Source: a virus
IMG/VR virus record: IMGVR_UViG_3300025836_000007
Coordinates: 1 to 35,393 of that record
Length of the DNA stretch: 35,393 nt
Strand: one strand, 5' to 3'
Below, piece after piece: positions 1 to 7,382 of this stretch. The position numbers were made by a program, and so were the translations under genes. The notes under the pieces are model-generated. The model did not search any database. It had not been told where the DNA came from and saw nothing but the letters and a program-made list of their open reading frames with translations. Every line of letters begins with the position of its first letter. Within the stretch, counting starts at the first letter, position 1.

Positions 1-127
1 CGAAGTCGGCGACGGCCAAGCCCACGCCGATGACGACGGCCACGAGCGCGGACCACTTGCCCGACAGGCCGACGCCTTTGAGCAGGTTCACGAGCGCGAT
101 GACCGTCAGGACGGACAATCCGAGCGA
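1..127. repeat. Terminal direct repeat copy 1, identical to 35267..35393 (circular-assembly overlap)
   Basis: Read base by base: 1..127 equals the last 127 nt of the window. A minus-strand ORF is continuous across the join. Confidence 0.95.
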
Positions 128-142
128 GATTGCGGTGTTCAC
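1..142 (-). CDS. 5' part of a small multi-TM membrane protein (holin-like); the same gene as 35130..35393 after circularisation (92 aa in total)
   Basis: GGAGG-cacc-GTG at 151..140 is in frame with the track ORF 35130..35384. The product VNTAISLGLSVLTVIALVNLLKG...VAVVIGVGLAVADFAF...WYVAAIGGLKVGLGAAGLY has 2-3 hydrophobic helices. Confidence 0.6.
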   Translation of the reverse strand, partial: MNTAISLGLSVLTVIALVNLLKGVGLSGKWSALVAVVIGVGLAVADF

Positions 143-173
143 GGTGCCTCCAAGGGGAGTGGGAACGGGACGA

Positions 174-506
174 TCAGGAGTGGGTGGCGCCACCTCCCCT
201 GGTCCTCAGGTGCCGCTCGAACTCGGGGTAGTCGGCCACGAGCATGGCGCGGGCGGCGTGGGTCCACCGGTGGTCGATGAGGTATGGCCCCTCGCCCCAG
301 CGCGTCCCCGCGTTCCGAAGCCACTCGAACAGCGCGTAGACGCTGACGTGCATGTGGTTCGCGACGCAGTAGTGAGCGCGTCCGACCATCTCTGCATAGC
401 CGCGAGGGTTGTCGACCACGAACTTGCGCCAGCCCATATCGGGGGCCGTGCGCTTTCCGGTGGCCGGTGCGTCGAAGTCCAGGGCGAGGGTGTCGGCGCC
501 GGTCAT
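174..506 (-). CDS. hypothetical protein (110 aa)
   Basis: The ATG at 506 overlaps the rusA stop (ATGA). I trimmed the track ORF 174..767 to this start. High GC3 frame; no family recognised. Confidence 0.55.
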   Translation of the reverse strand: MTGADTLALDFDAPATGKRTAPDMGWRKFVVDNPRGYAEMVGRAHYCVANHMHVSVYALFEWLRNAGTRWGEGPYLIDHRWTHAARAMLVADYPEFERHLRTRGGGATHS

Positions 507-1000
507 GACGCCGCCTCGGGAGTCTCGAGTCTGCTGAGCGACGGCTCGATCACCTTGAAGTCGGCGCGCGTCGGCTGGTCGAACAGGCGCATGCGCACCA
601 GGAGCCGCGGTACGTCCCCGTACTCCTTGCGGACTCTGCCGTCGAACACCTGGGCATCGTCGTGGTAGGCGATCTTGGACAGCGCGTCGGTCATCTTGCC
701 GATGTTGTCCCAGTCCGGCTTGACGGTGCAGCGCCACAGGTTGAGCAACGCGAGCGCGCGCTTCCACTTCGGCCAGCTCATCGGCGGCACGATGGTCGCC
801 ACGACGTAGAGCTCGACGGGACCCTCGTGCGGAGCGTGGCGCGGGTAGGCACGCCGGAAGGCCGCACGGATCTCCGCTTCTGCGTTGACGGTGCGCGTCG
901 CGGGGTACGTGTGGAGCTTGCCGTCGTCGCCGATGTAGGCGCGGTGGCGCTCCTTGCCCATCGGAGTCATGTCGACGGCGAATGCGAGCTCTCGGCCCAT
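503..1000 (-). CDS. rusA: RusA-like Holliday junction resolvase
   Basis: The motif KPDWDNIGKMTDALSKIAYHDDAQV matches the RusA KPDxDN...DD signature. The ATG at 1000 lies 2 nt after the upstream TAA. The Arg-rich 5' extension of track ORF 503..1510 was discarded. Confidence 0.7.
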   Translation of the reverse strand: MGRELAFAVDMTPMGKERHRAYIGDDGKLHTYPATRTVNAEAEIRAAFRRAYPRHAPHEGPVELYVVATIVPPMSWPKWKRALALLNLWRCTVKPDWDNIGKMTDALSKIAYHDDAQVFDGRVRKEYGDVPRLLVRMRLFDQPTRADFKVIEPSLSRLETPEAAS

Positions 1001-1002
1001 CG

Positions 1003-1434
1003 TTAGTACCAGCCGTAGCGGTAGCTGTGCGCGAGCGCCCGGATGGGCGTGTGGTAGCGGTGGCGGATGTAGACGATCGCCCGGTGCGTGTTCCAGGTCG
1101 CGTCCCACCACGGACGACCGAGGCACATCGTGTAGCGGAGCTGGAACGTGCCCCAGCAGCCGTGCATGCTCGAGCGGCTCCACGGGTGCCAGCGCGACTC
1201 GCGGTAGGCCAGCTTCACGAGCGCCTCGCGGTTCGCGTAGCCGTAGTGCCACGTGCGGGCCTCGGCACGGATCAGCGAGCGGGCCTTCGCCTGAGACGTG
1301 TGGTAGCGCGCCTGGTGGTACGTCATGCCGAACGCGGTGTCCGGGTGCAGCGCCAGGGCGGCCAGCCCGCACGCGACGATGAACGCGGCGACGGCTATGC
1401 CCCACAGAAGCGAAGCGCGAGTGTCGTCGCTCAC
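1003..1434 (-). CDS. membrane-anchored lytic transglycosylase-like protein (SLT-type motif)
   Basis: N-terminal TM helix LLWGIAVAAFIVACGLAALAL, then YRESRWHPWSRSSMHGCWGTFQL resembling the SLT E-S...G-x-x-Q motif. GTG start in a GTGA overlap. Confidence 0.5.
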   Translation of the reverse strand: MSDDTRASLLWGIAVAAFIVACGLAALALHPDTAFGMTYHQARYHTSQAKARSLIRAEARTWHYGYANREALVKLAYRESRWHPWSRSSMHGCWGTFQLRYTMCLGRPWWDATWNTHRAIVYIRHRYHTPIRALAHSYRYGWY

Positions 1435-1742
1435 GACGCCACCGCCGCTCGAGCAGCGGCCATCGTTTCGGCGGCCACGGTCGCGGTGACGAGCGGGTAT
1501 CCGATCTCACCGGTACTCGGCATCGAGAAGCGACAGTGCCCCGCCAGCCACGCGCTCACCTCGTGCTCGAGCATGAGCGGATTGTCGTCGTAGTGGACCG
1601 TCACTGTGGCGACGCACACGCCGTCGGCGTCGGGTTCGCCAACCTCGAGCGAGAGCCGGTTGCACGCGGCGTCGCGCGTCAGGAGCGTGCGCAGCAGTTC
1701 GTCGCCGAAGCGCAGCAGCGTCGTACCTGCGATGGCCTTCAC
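1431..1742 (-). CDS. hypothetical protein (103 aa)
   Basis: Track ORF with GTGA coupling at both ends. Confidence 0.55.
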   Translation of the reverse strand: MKAIAGTTLLRFGDELLRTLLTRDAACNRLSLEVGEPDADGVCVATVTVHYDDNPLMLEHEVSAWLAGHCRFSMPSTGEIGYPLVTATVAAETMAAARAAVAS

Positions 1743-1882
1743 GACGCGTTCCTGGACTCGCCCAGCAAGACCCTGCCGCCGCGGTAGACGAGACCCGCGG
1801 GTAGCGGCCTGTGCCCGTCCATCAGCGCGAGGTAGATCGCGAGCACCGATGCGACGACTACGGCGTACAGAGCGCGGATCAT
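1739..1882 (-). CDS. small membrane protein (47 aa)
   Basis: Below the track cutoff and translated by hand: MIRALYAVVVASVLAIYLALMDGHRPLPAGLVYRGGRVLLGESRNAS. ATGA overlap upstream and GTGA downstream. Confidence 0.45.
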   Translation of the reverse strand: MIRALYAVVVASVLAIYLALMDGHRPLPAGLVYRGGRVLLGESRNAS

Positions 1883-2013
1883 GAGTGCCTCCCGATGTAG
1901 GACGGACGGGCCTTCCTGACGCGAGCGAAGACGATGAGCGCGGTGAGACCGCCGGCGACCGCGAGGACGAATGCGGCCAGCAGCGCGTAGGTGATCGCGA
2001 GCAGCGGATTCAC
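1879..2013 (-). CDS. small membrane protein (44 aa)
   Basis: VNPLLAITYALLAAFVLAVAGGLTALIVFARVRKARPSYIGRHS. The GTG at 2013 overlaps the erf stop (GTGA). One TM helix. Confidence 0.45.
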   Translation of the reverse strand: MNPLLAITYALLAAFVLAVAGGLTALIVFARVRKARPSYIGRHS

Positions 2014-2738
2014 TGGGCGTCTCCGTCGCGGGCGGCCTTGCGCTTGACGCTGTCCTCGAGGGACTCGATCAGCCGCGAGGCGACGTCTTGCTTGAGCGCG
2101 GCGAGATCCGCGACCTTGTGCTGCTTCAGGAGCGCGGCCAGCTCGGTGTCGTTCATCTGCACCGCGGCGATCGCGCGCTTCAGGCGGGCCAGCGCCGGCG
2201 TGCTGACGCCCTTGGAAGGGCGGGGGGCCTTGGCAGCGGAGGCAGCCGGCGCCGAACCACGGGGGGTCCTCGGGGGGGAGGAGGTGGTCGGTGCCGGCTG
2301 CTCCGCCTGAGGGGGGCGCTTGGATGCGGTCTGAGCGCGCATAGCCGCGAGTGCGTCGTCGTCGTATTGGGCGCTCATGCACAGGAACGGCTCGAGCTGG
2401 TAGCGGCGGCCGTAGGAGATGAGTCCGCCGGTCTCGCGTGCCTGGACGCCGGCGCGCTCGAGCTCGAGCGGCTCGGTCTCCATGAACTGGCCGGAGCCAT
2501 GCTGCGCACGGGTGGTGACGATGACCTTGGTGGCCTGGGTCACGACCTCTTGCATGATCGCGAGGTCGTGCTTCGCGAGCACCGGACGCGCGGCGTCTAG
2601 GTCGTCGGTGATGTCGGCGTAGTAGTAGACCTCGCCGTTCTCGGCGATGCCTTCGCGGGTGCGCTTCGGAGACGGGATCTCGGCGATCGCGGCGACGAGC
2701 GCCGGCGCGACCTTGTCTATCTCGGCTGAGGTGCGCAT
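2010..2738 (-). CDS. erf: ERF-family single-strand annealing recombinase
   Basis: The pattern GEVYYYADITDDLDAARPVLAKHDLAIMQ...HGSGQF...GGLISYGRRYQLEPFLCMSAQYDDD follows the P22 Erf core layout. Confidence 0.72.
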   Translation of the reverse strand: MRTSAEIDKVAPALVAAIAEIPSPKRTREGIAENGEVYYYADITDDLDAARPVLAKHDLAIMQEVVTQATKVIVTTRAQHGSGQFMETEPLELERAGVQARETGGLISYGRRYQLEPFLCMSAQYDDDALAAMRAQTASKRPPQAEQPAPTTSSPPRTPRGSAPAASAAKAPRPSKGVSTPALARLKRAIAAVQMNDTELAALLKQHKVADLAALKQDVASRLIESLEDSVKRKAARDGDAQ

Positions 2739-2944
2739 CAGGCGTCGGCCTCGGTGTCTTCGGCGCGCACGATGATGGAGCGAGGGGCGGCTATCCAGTG
2801 ACCGACCGTACGGTCGCCACCGACGTTCGGATTGCTGGTGACGTGAACCATGCAGAACGACTCCGCGAGCTCCGCCTCACTCGCGACGCCCTCAATGGGA
2901 TCAAGCCCCTCGTACTGCACCGTGACGTTGCTGTGGTTCTCCAC
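2738..2944 (-). CDS. hypothetical protein (68 aa)
   Basis: GTG start preceded by GAGGGGGAG. TGATG overlap with the erf start. Confidence 0.5.
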   Translation of the reverse strand: MENHSNVTVQYEGLDPIEGVASEAELAESFCMVHVTSNPNVGGDRTVGHWIAAPRSIIVRAEDTEADA

Positions 2945-2985
2945 GACTCCCCCTCTGTCGATACGACTGGTCCGAGCGAGTCCGA

Positions 2986-3180
2986 CTATCGGGTTGCGGT
3001 CTGACTCGTCTCTGACTCGATCCAGTCCTCGAAAGCGCGGACGGGAATGCGGATCGAACCTCGGCTGATCCGGACTGAGGGAATGCGCCCGGCGGCGACC
3101 ATCTCGTAGACAGCGGAAGCGCCAATGCCGAGACGCCCAGCGGCCTCCTTGACCGTGTACATGTCCTTATCGTCTGCCAT
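2986..3180 (-). CDS. xis: excisionase-family (MerR-like HTH_17) DNA-binding protein; Xis or Cro-like first gene of the leftward early operon
   Basis: MYTVKEAAGRLGIGASAVYEMVAAGRIPSVRISRGSIRIPVRAFEDWI matches the excisionase HTH pattern. GGAGGAA lies 10 nt upstream of the ATG at 3180. The track ORF 2986..3441 was trimmed. Confidence 0.7.
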   Translation of the reverse strand: MADDKDMYTVKEAAGRLGIGASAVYEMVAAGRIPSVRISRGSIRIPVRAFEDWIESETSQTATR

Positions 3181-3316
3181 CGTGTCGATTTCCTCCATCT
3201 CACATTGCGTTTCTCCACATGGTGCACCAATGCTCGACCCAACGTCAAGGGAAAATCCGACATGATGTGGTAATATTCGCGAGGGTTCACCATTGCGGAT
3301 ACCAGAGGGGGATGTG
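3181..3316. promoter_or_regulatory. divergent early/immunity control region (genetic switch)
   Basis: Locally AT-richer gap between the divergent HTH genes. It contains an extended -10-like TGGTAATAT (TAATAT at 3271..3276) for the plus strand. Confidence 0.45.
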
Positions 3317-3631
3317 ATGGCTCGCAAGGCGAAGAAGGCCCGGAACGGGCTGCTCGACCAAGACCGGCTGGGCGACCTCATCGAGGGCATGCGCACCGCG
3401 GCCGGATACCCAGACCGGAAGGCGTGCGTTGCCGCTCTCAATGCAGCTGGCTATCCGATGACAGACTCGACGCTGGGCGCGATCGAACGCGGGGAGAAGA
3501 ACACCCCCGTCGAGGAGCTTGTCATGCTCACGCTGCTCTTCCGGCCTCCCGGAGGAATCATGTACTTCATCCTGGGGGCCATGCTCGACGCACCCGCACA
3601 GGCGCTCCGGGACATGAATCGTGCCCAGTAA
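3317..3631 (+). CDS. XRE-family HTH protein, candidate immunity repressor
   Basis: The pattern MTDSTLGAIERGEKNTPVEELVMLTLLF resembles the XRE helix-turn-helix. ATG at 3317 after GAGGGGGA. Co-oriented with and overlapping int. Confidence 0.55.
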   Translation: MARKAKKARNGLLDQDRLGDLIEGMRTAAGYPDRKACVAALNAAGYPMTDSTLGAIERGEKNTPVEELVMLTLLFRPPGGIMYFILGAMLDAPAQALRDMNRAQ

Positions 3632-4820
3632 GCGACGTACCTCCGGCTCGATCCAGCCGCTCGGTGACGGGCGTTACCGGGTCATGGCAAGTGCGCCGCC
3701 TGACCCCGTAACCCTCAAGCGACGCAGACTGTCGCGCGTCGTCGACGGCGGTGTCCGAGCGGCGGAGAAGGCGCTCGACGCGCTGAAGGTCGAGGCGGGG
3801 ATGCCGGCGCAGGCTCGCGGTCTCACACTCAAGTCGTATCTAGAGGGGATGTGGTACCCACACCTCGAGGAACGCCTCGCCCAGGGGAAGATCCGCGAGC
3901 TGACGATCTCCGGCTACAGGAGCAAGCTCGACCACCACGTGATCCCCTACCTCGGGATCATGAACCTGCCCGAGGTCGATCCCTACTCGCTGGACCGCTG
4001 GCTCGGCAAGCTGGCGAAGGCGGGGGTCGGCCAGCACACGCGGCACCACGTGTACCGCGTCTTCCACACGGCGCTGCATCAGGCCGTGAAGTGGCGGATC
4101 CTGGCATCGAACCCGCTGGACTCGGTCGAGGCACCCAAGGCCACGAAGTACGCCTTCCATGTGCTGGACAGTGACCGGGCCAACGCCTTGCTCGACACGT
4201 TCGTCGGCCATCCTATCGAGGCGATCGTGATCCTGGCACTGGGCGCGGGCATGCGCCGGAGCGAGGCCGCAGCGATCGACTGGTCGGACATCGACTTCAC
4301 CGCCGGGACCGTGTCGACGTGGCGCGGACTGCACGCCGATAAGGACCACATGTGGTACGAGGACAACAAGACGGAGCGGTCGAAGCGCACCATCTCGTTG
4401 CCGGAGTGGGCGCTCGACGGGCTTCGCCCGATGCGCGGCTTCGGACCGCTGGTGATGGACGGGGCCGAGCGCATGGACCCGCGCCGCATCTCGTACCTGT
4501 TCCGACGCCACCTTCGAGGCGCGATCAAGGAACAGGAGGCGACCGAGTTGCTGAAGCCGGAGGCCGACCGGAAGCCGCCTCGGCTACGTGACATCCCGCT
4601 CAAGGACCTGCGCCACTCGAATGCCACGATCGCACTGGCCCAGGGCGCCAAGCTGATCGACGTGAGCCGCCATTTGGGGCACTCGACGGTCATGACGACC
4701 GACACGTACTACGTCAAGACGGGACGCGCGGAGGAGGAGGATGTAGCGGCGAAGATGGGCAGCATCAGGACGCTTCGCCCGGAGCCGGATACCGTGTGCC
4801 ATCGTGTGCCTAACGCCTGA
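3621..4820 (+). CDS. int: tyrosine integrase (phage integrase family)
   Basis: C-terminal catalytic signature AGMRRSE...LRHSNATIALAQGAKLIDVSRHLGHSTVMTTDTYY (R..H-x-x-R..Y). N-terminal SAM-like region. GTG start. Confidence 0.9.
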   Translation: MPSKRRTSGSIQPLGDGRYRVMASAPPDPVTLKRRRLSRVVDGGVRAAEKALDALKVEAGMPAQARGLTLKSYLEGMWYPHLEERLAQGKIRELTISGYRSKLDHHVIPYLGIMNLPEVDPYSLDRWLGKLAKAGVGQHTRHHVYRVFHTALHQAVKWRILASNPLDSVEAPKATKYAFHVLDSDRANALLDTFVGHPIEAIVILALGAGMRRSEAAAIDWSDIDFTAGTVSTWRGLHADKDHMWYEDNKTERSKRTISLPEWALDGLRPMRGFGPLVMDGAERMDPRRISYLFRRHLRGAIKEQEATELLKPEADRKPPRLRDIPLKDLRHSNATIALAQGAKLIDVSRHLGHSTVMTTDTYYVKTGRAEEEDVAAKMGSIRTLRPEPDTVCHRVPNA

Positions 4821-4839
4821 ATGTGCCATCGTGTGCCTA
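4793..4839 (+). repeat. two copies of the integrase arm-type repeat (P arm), overlapping the int 3' end
   Basis: CGTGTGCCATCGTGTGCCTAACGC at 4793..4816 and TGTGCCATCGTGTGCCTA at 4822..4839. Each contains GTGTGCC twice with a 10-nt period. Confidence 0.6.
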
Positions 4840-4919
4840 GAATCCGAGGCGTTCCGATATGGACAGAGACGATACACGATGTATTTCTCCGACGCTCGGT
4901 CGCCTTAGTCCATCTACCT

Positions 4920-5001
4920 GCGGTGGAGCAGGACGCGTCACCGGTCTTGAAAACCGGCAAGCCGCAAGGCTTCGAGGGTTCGAATCCCTCCCCCTCCGCC
5001 A
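4920..5001 (+). other. attP core: 3' portion of a tRNA-Ser(UGA) gene (anticodon arm, long variable arm, T arm, 3' acceptor, CCA)
   Basis: CCGGT-CTTGAAA-ACCGG (anticodon TGA at 4948..4950), variable arm AAGCC-GCA-AGGCTT, GAGGG-TTCGAAT-CCCTC, then CCCCTCC-G-CCA ending at 5001. There is no complementary 5' acceptor strand upstream. Confidence 0.7.
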
Positions 5002-5060
5002 GCCTGACCTGCCCGCACTCGGCTGCGAGTGCGATGGAGCAAGGCATCCGGGACCAGTTT

Positions 5061-5084
5061 CGTGTGCCATCGTGTGCCTAACGC
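5061..5084 (+). repeat. third copy of the arm-type repeat (P' arm)
   Basis: A 24 nt sequence identical to 4793..4816. Confidence 0.6.
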
Positions 5085-5107
5085 TTGTGACACAAGGGGG
5101 AACGGCC

Positions 5108-5584
5108 ATGAAGTGTCCGGTGTGCGAATCGATCGTCGACAGCATCGACCCGTGCCCGATCTGCGTGCGCGACGCTAGGAAGGCAGCAGGGAAGCTCAGC
5201 ATGCCGAAGTGGGTCGGCCGCGTCCAAGCGGTCGCCCTCGTATTGATCGTCGGCTGGGGACTCTGGTCCTGCGCCGGCTCCTGCAGCACGGTCCTCACGC
5301 CGACTCCCGACAACCCCGCGCTCGCGGTCAAGGCACAGTTGGCGTTCGCGGATGCGGGGGTGGCGTCTGATCTCATCGACAGCGTCACGGCGCAGGCAGA
5401 CGGCAGCGTCATCATCACGCTCAACAGGACAGCCGTGGCGCTGACGCTGGCCGGGGGCGCGAACGGTGCCAGGAAGCTCGGTGCGGCCTACAACGCGGTC
5501 GTGCTCGACAAGGTGCCTGAAGCGAAGTCCGTCGCGACCTTCGATGCGAACAACACGATGCTCGAGCTCTCGACGCGGAAGTAG
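5108..5584 (+). CDS. zinc-ribbon + single-TM membrane protein with an extracytoplasmic domain (158 aa)
   Basis: MKCPVCESIVDSIDPCPIC then the TM helix VQAVALVLIVGWGLW. AAGGGGGA upstream of the ATG at 5108. The 5' part of track ORF 4859..5584 runs through the tRNA fragment and was discarded. Confidence 0.6.
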   Translation: MKCPVCESIVDSIDPCPICVRDARKAAGKLSMPKWVGRVQAVALVLIVGWGLWSCAGSCSTVLTPTPDNPALAVKAQLAFADAGVASDLIDSVTAQADGSVIITLNRTAVALTLAGGANGARKLGAAYNAVVLDKVPEAKSVATFDANNTMLELSTRK

Positions 5585-5704
5585 CCGACCGGGCGAGAAG
5601 CCAATAGCTCAAGCTGGTAGAGAGCGTGCGTGACCCTGTGTGACGGAATGGACGTCTGCGCGTATGCTTCCGCTCAGGGGACCGGGGGACGAAGGGGGAT
5701 CGAC

Positions 5705-5893
5705 ATGCCCAACGAGAAGTGGTGCGGCAGGTGCCAGCACGAGTATGAGCTGAAGTGGGACTACTGCCCGGAGTGCGGCCCCATCGAACTGAAGGCGGCG
5801 AAGCACCTCACAGAGATCCGCAACCTCATCATGTTCGTGCTGGTGCTCCAGGTGGTCATCTTCCTGGCCCCGTTCGCGGGCATCCGGCTCTAG
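5705..5893 (+). CDS. zinc-ribbon + single-TM small protein (62 aa)
   Basis: WCGRCQHEYELKWDYCPECG then NLIMFVLVLQVVIFLAPFAGI. Internal ATG of track ORF 5630..5893, preceded by GAAGGGGGA. Confidence 0.55.
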   Translation: MPNEKWCGRCQHEYELKWDYCPECGPIELKAAKHLTEIRNLIMFVLVLQVVIFLAPFAGIRL

Positions 5894-5902
5894 GGACACG
5901 CC

Positions 5903-6070
5903 ATGAAGAAGTGCGCGAAGTGTGGCCGCGAGTACGACGACGCCTACGACGGCTGCCCCCATTGCTCAAACCGCGGCTGCTTCTACTACTACCTCCGCTT
6001 CAACCAGGTCGCTCTCGCCGTCGTGATCGTGGCGGTGCTCGCGTTCACGCTTTGGTTCAGCCTGCGCTAG
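5903..6070 (+). CDS. zinc-ribbon + single-TM small protein (55 aa)
   Basis: Translated by hand: MKKCAKCGREYDDAYDGCPHCSNRGCFYYYLRFNQVALAVVIVAVLAFTLWFSLR. Below the track size cutoff. Confidence 0.5.
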   Translation: MKKCAKCGREYDDAYDGCPHCSNRGCFYYYLRFNQVALAVVIVAVLAFTLWFSLR

Positions 6071-6079
6071 ACGCCAAAA

Positions 6080-6109
6080 GGCCCCGCTCCCGGTCAAGGG
6101 GGCGGGGCC
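6080..6109. terminator. bidirectional rho-independent-type terminator between convergent transcription units
   Basis: GGCCCCGC(6080..6087)...GCGGGGCC(6102..6109), extendable to about 11 bp with one mismatch. Flanked by AAAA on one side and TTCTT on the other. Confidence 0.6.
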
Positions 6110-6194
6110 TTCTTGGCGAGCGACCCGGAACGGGGGCATCACTCTGAGTCGCTCTGGGCTTCACCGGGCGCGTCCGCCCAGGGGGCCTTCCTGT

Positions 6195-6653
6195 TTAGCG
6201 GGCGAGCGCGTTGACGAGTCCGAACACGACCCCCGCGATGGTGCCGCCCGCCGCGATGAATCCGAGCAGCTTGGCCGTGGTTAGCTGGGAGCCTTGAGCC
6301 GCTCCCTTCTGCCCGGCCACGAACGCGAACACCGGCGCGAGGCTGTCCTCGATGCGCGTGACCACCAACTCCAAGTCGCTCTTGGTGACGAAGCCGCCGC
6401 GCTCGGACAGGGAGAGGTCGCGCGCCTTGTCCGCCTTCTCGTCCTTGTAGTTCTGGTTCTCACGCGACAGGATGCCGGCATCCTTGTCTGCGACCTCCTT
6501 GACGTTCAGAGCCCTCTCCCGTAGGACGGCGCCCTCGGTGGTACGTCGATCCCGCTCGGCGTCGAACCTCTCGTCAGCGACGCGGAGCGCGTCGTAGTGC
6601 TCCTTGAGCGTATCTATCGTCCAACCAGATGCGCTCACTGGGCGGTCGCTCAT
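6195..6653 (-). CDS. tail-anchored membrane protein downstream of the endolysin (candidate holin / lysis accessory)
   Basis: A charged, coiled-coil-like region of about 125 aa, then a C-terminal TM helix LLGFIAAGGTIAGVVFGLVNALA. GGAGAGG lies 8 nt upstream of the ATG at 6653. Its position is typical for a holin, but its topology is atypical. Confidence 0.4.
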   Translation of the reverse strand: MSDRPVSASGWTIDTLKEHYDALRVADERFDAERDRRTTEGAVLRERALNVKEVADKDAGILSRENQNYKDEKADKARDLSLSERGGFVTKSDLELVVTRIEDSLAPVFAFVAGQKGAAQGSQLTTAKLLGFIAAGGTIAGVVFGLVNALAR

Positions 6654-6691
6654 CGGGATAGCCTCTCCGGTCGGGTCATTCTCACGGGCGC

Positions 6692-7381
6692 TCACAATCC
6701 CAGCCGCTTCCACGTCTCGGCGCCGACCGACGAGCCGAGTCTCCACGCGCCCTTGCCTTGCTTGGCCCGGAACACGTGGACAGCCGCGGCGGTCTCGTTA
6801 CCGTAGCCGCCATCGGCGCCGAACTTCGGCAACTTGATCCCGTGGTGCAGGAGCCGTTTCTGGATCCACACCACGTCGGGCCCGTGAGCGCCCTTGCCGA
6901 TGACGTGGCCCGGGTACTTGCGCACGACGACCGGGGCGGCTGCGAACGTGTGGCGGACGTAGCCGAGGATGTTCGCTCGCCGGATCTGGCGATGCACCAT
7001 GTTGGAGACGTTGCCGCCGATGGTCTGGACGCCGCCGGTGACGACCTTCTCGCACGTCTCAACGTGGTCGGGCTGGTTGTGCGCCCGTGTGCTCGTCGAC
7101 CAGTGGAAGTAGATGCTGTCGCCGGGCTGGATGCCCGCGCTGCCGTCGTGCCACGTGCCGTTCTTGCGAGCCTGCGCGACGGCGGCCATGGTCGACGCGG
7201 TCCTGAGATGCGAGACGGCCATGACGTTCGCGCAGTACCAGTCGAACATCTGGCACCACGCGACGCCGTTCCAGCCGTAGGCGACGCCGAACCTCTGGCG
7301 GTTGCTGCCGTCCGGTACCTCACGGACGCCGAGCTGCGACGCGACGAACGTCAGGTACGCCTTGCGAGTGGGGAGGCCCAT
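6692..7381 (-). CDS. endolysin: N-terminal CHAP/NlpC-P60-like peptidase plus C-terminal peptidoglycan-binding domain
   Basis: NGVAWCQMFDWYC (catalytic Cys context), GDSIYFHW...PDHVETCEKV...TIGGN, then GPDVVWIQKRLLHHGIKLPKFGADGGYGNETAAAVHVFRAKQG (PG_binding_1 pattern). Confidence 0.78.
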   Translation of the reverse strand: MGLPTRKAYLTFVASQLGVREVPDGSNRQRFGVAYGWNGVAWCQMFDWYCANVMAVSHLRTASTMAAVAQARKNGTWHDGSAGIQPGDSIYFHWSTSTRAHNQPDHVETCEKVVTGGVQTIGGNVSNMVHRQIRRANILGYVRHTFAAAPVVVRKYPGHVIGKGAHGPDVVWIQKRLLHHGIKLPKFGADGGYGNETAAAVHVFRAKQGKGAWRLGSSVGAETWKRLGL

Positions 7382-7382
7382 G

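Noticed and set aside
1-127. A biological direct terminal repeat (DTR packaging)
   Set aside because: The length equals a common assembler k-mer, and the repeat cuts through a coding sequence. A P27 TerS, Terminase_1 TerL and HNH combination is more typical of cos-type packaging. This cannot be excluded without read-level data.
4912-5001. An intact phage-encoded tRNA-Ser gene
   Set aside because: The anticodon, variable and T arms and the 3' acceptor-CCA are convincing. However, the sequence where the 5' acceptor strand should be (..CATCTACCT..) cannot pair with CCCCTCC, and there are extra bases between the D-like stem and the anticodon stem. It is better explained as the attP core copy of a host tRNA 3' portion.
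4859-5107. The N-terminal 83 aa of track ORF 4859..5584
   Set aside because: This part reads straight through the tRNA fragment and an arm repeat. The internal ATG at 5108 has a good SD and begins the zinc-ribbon motif.
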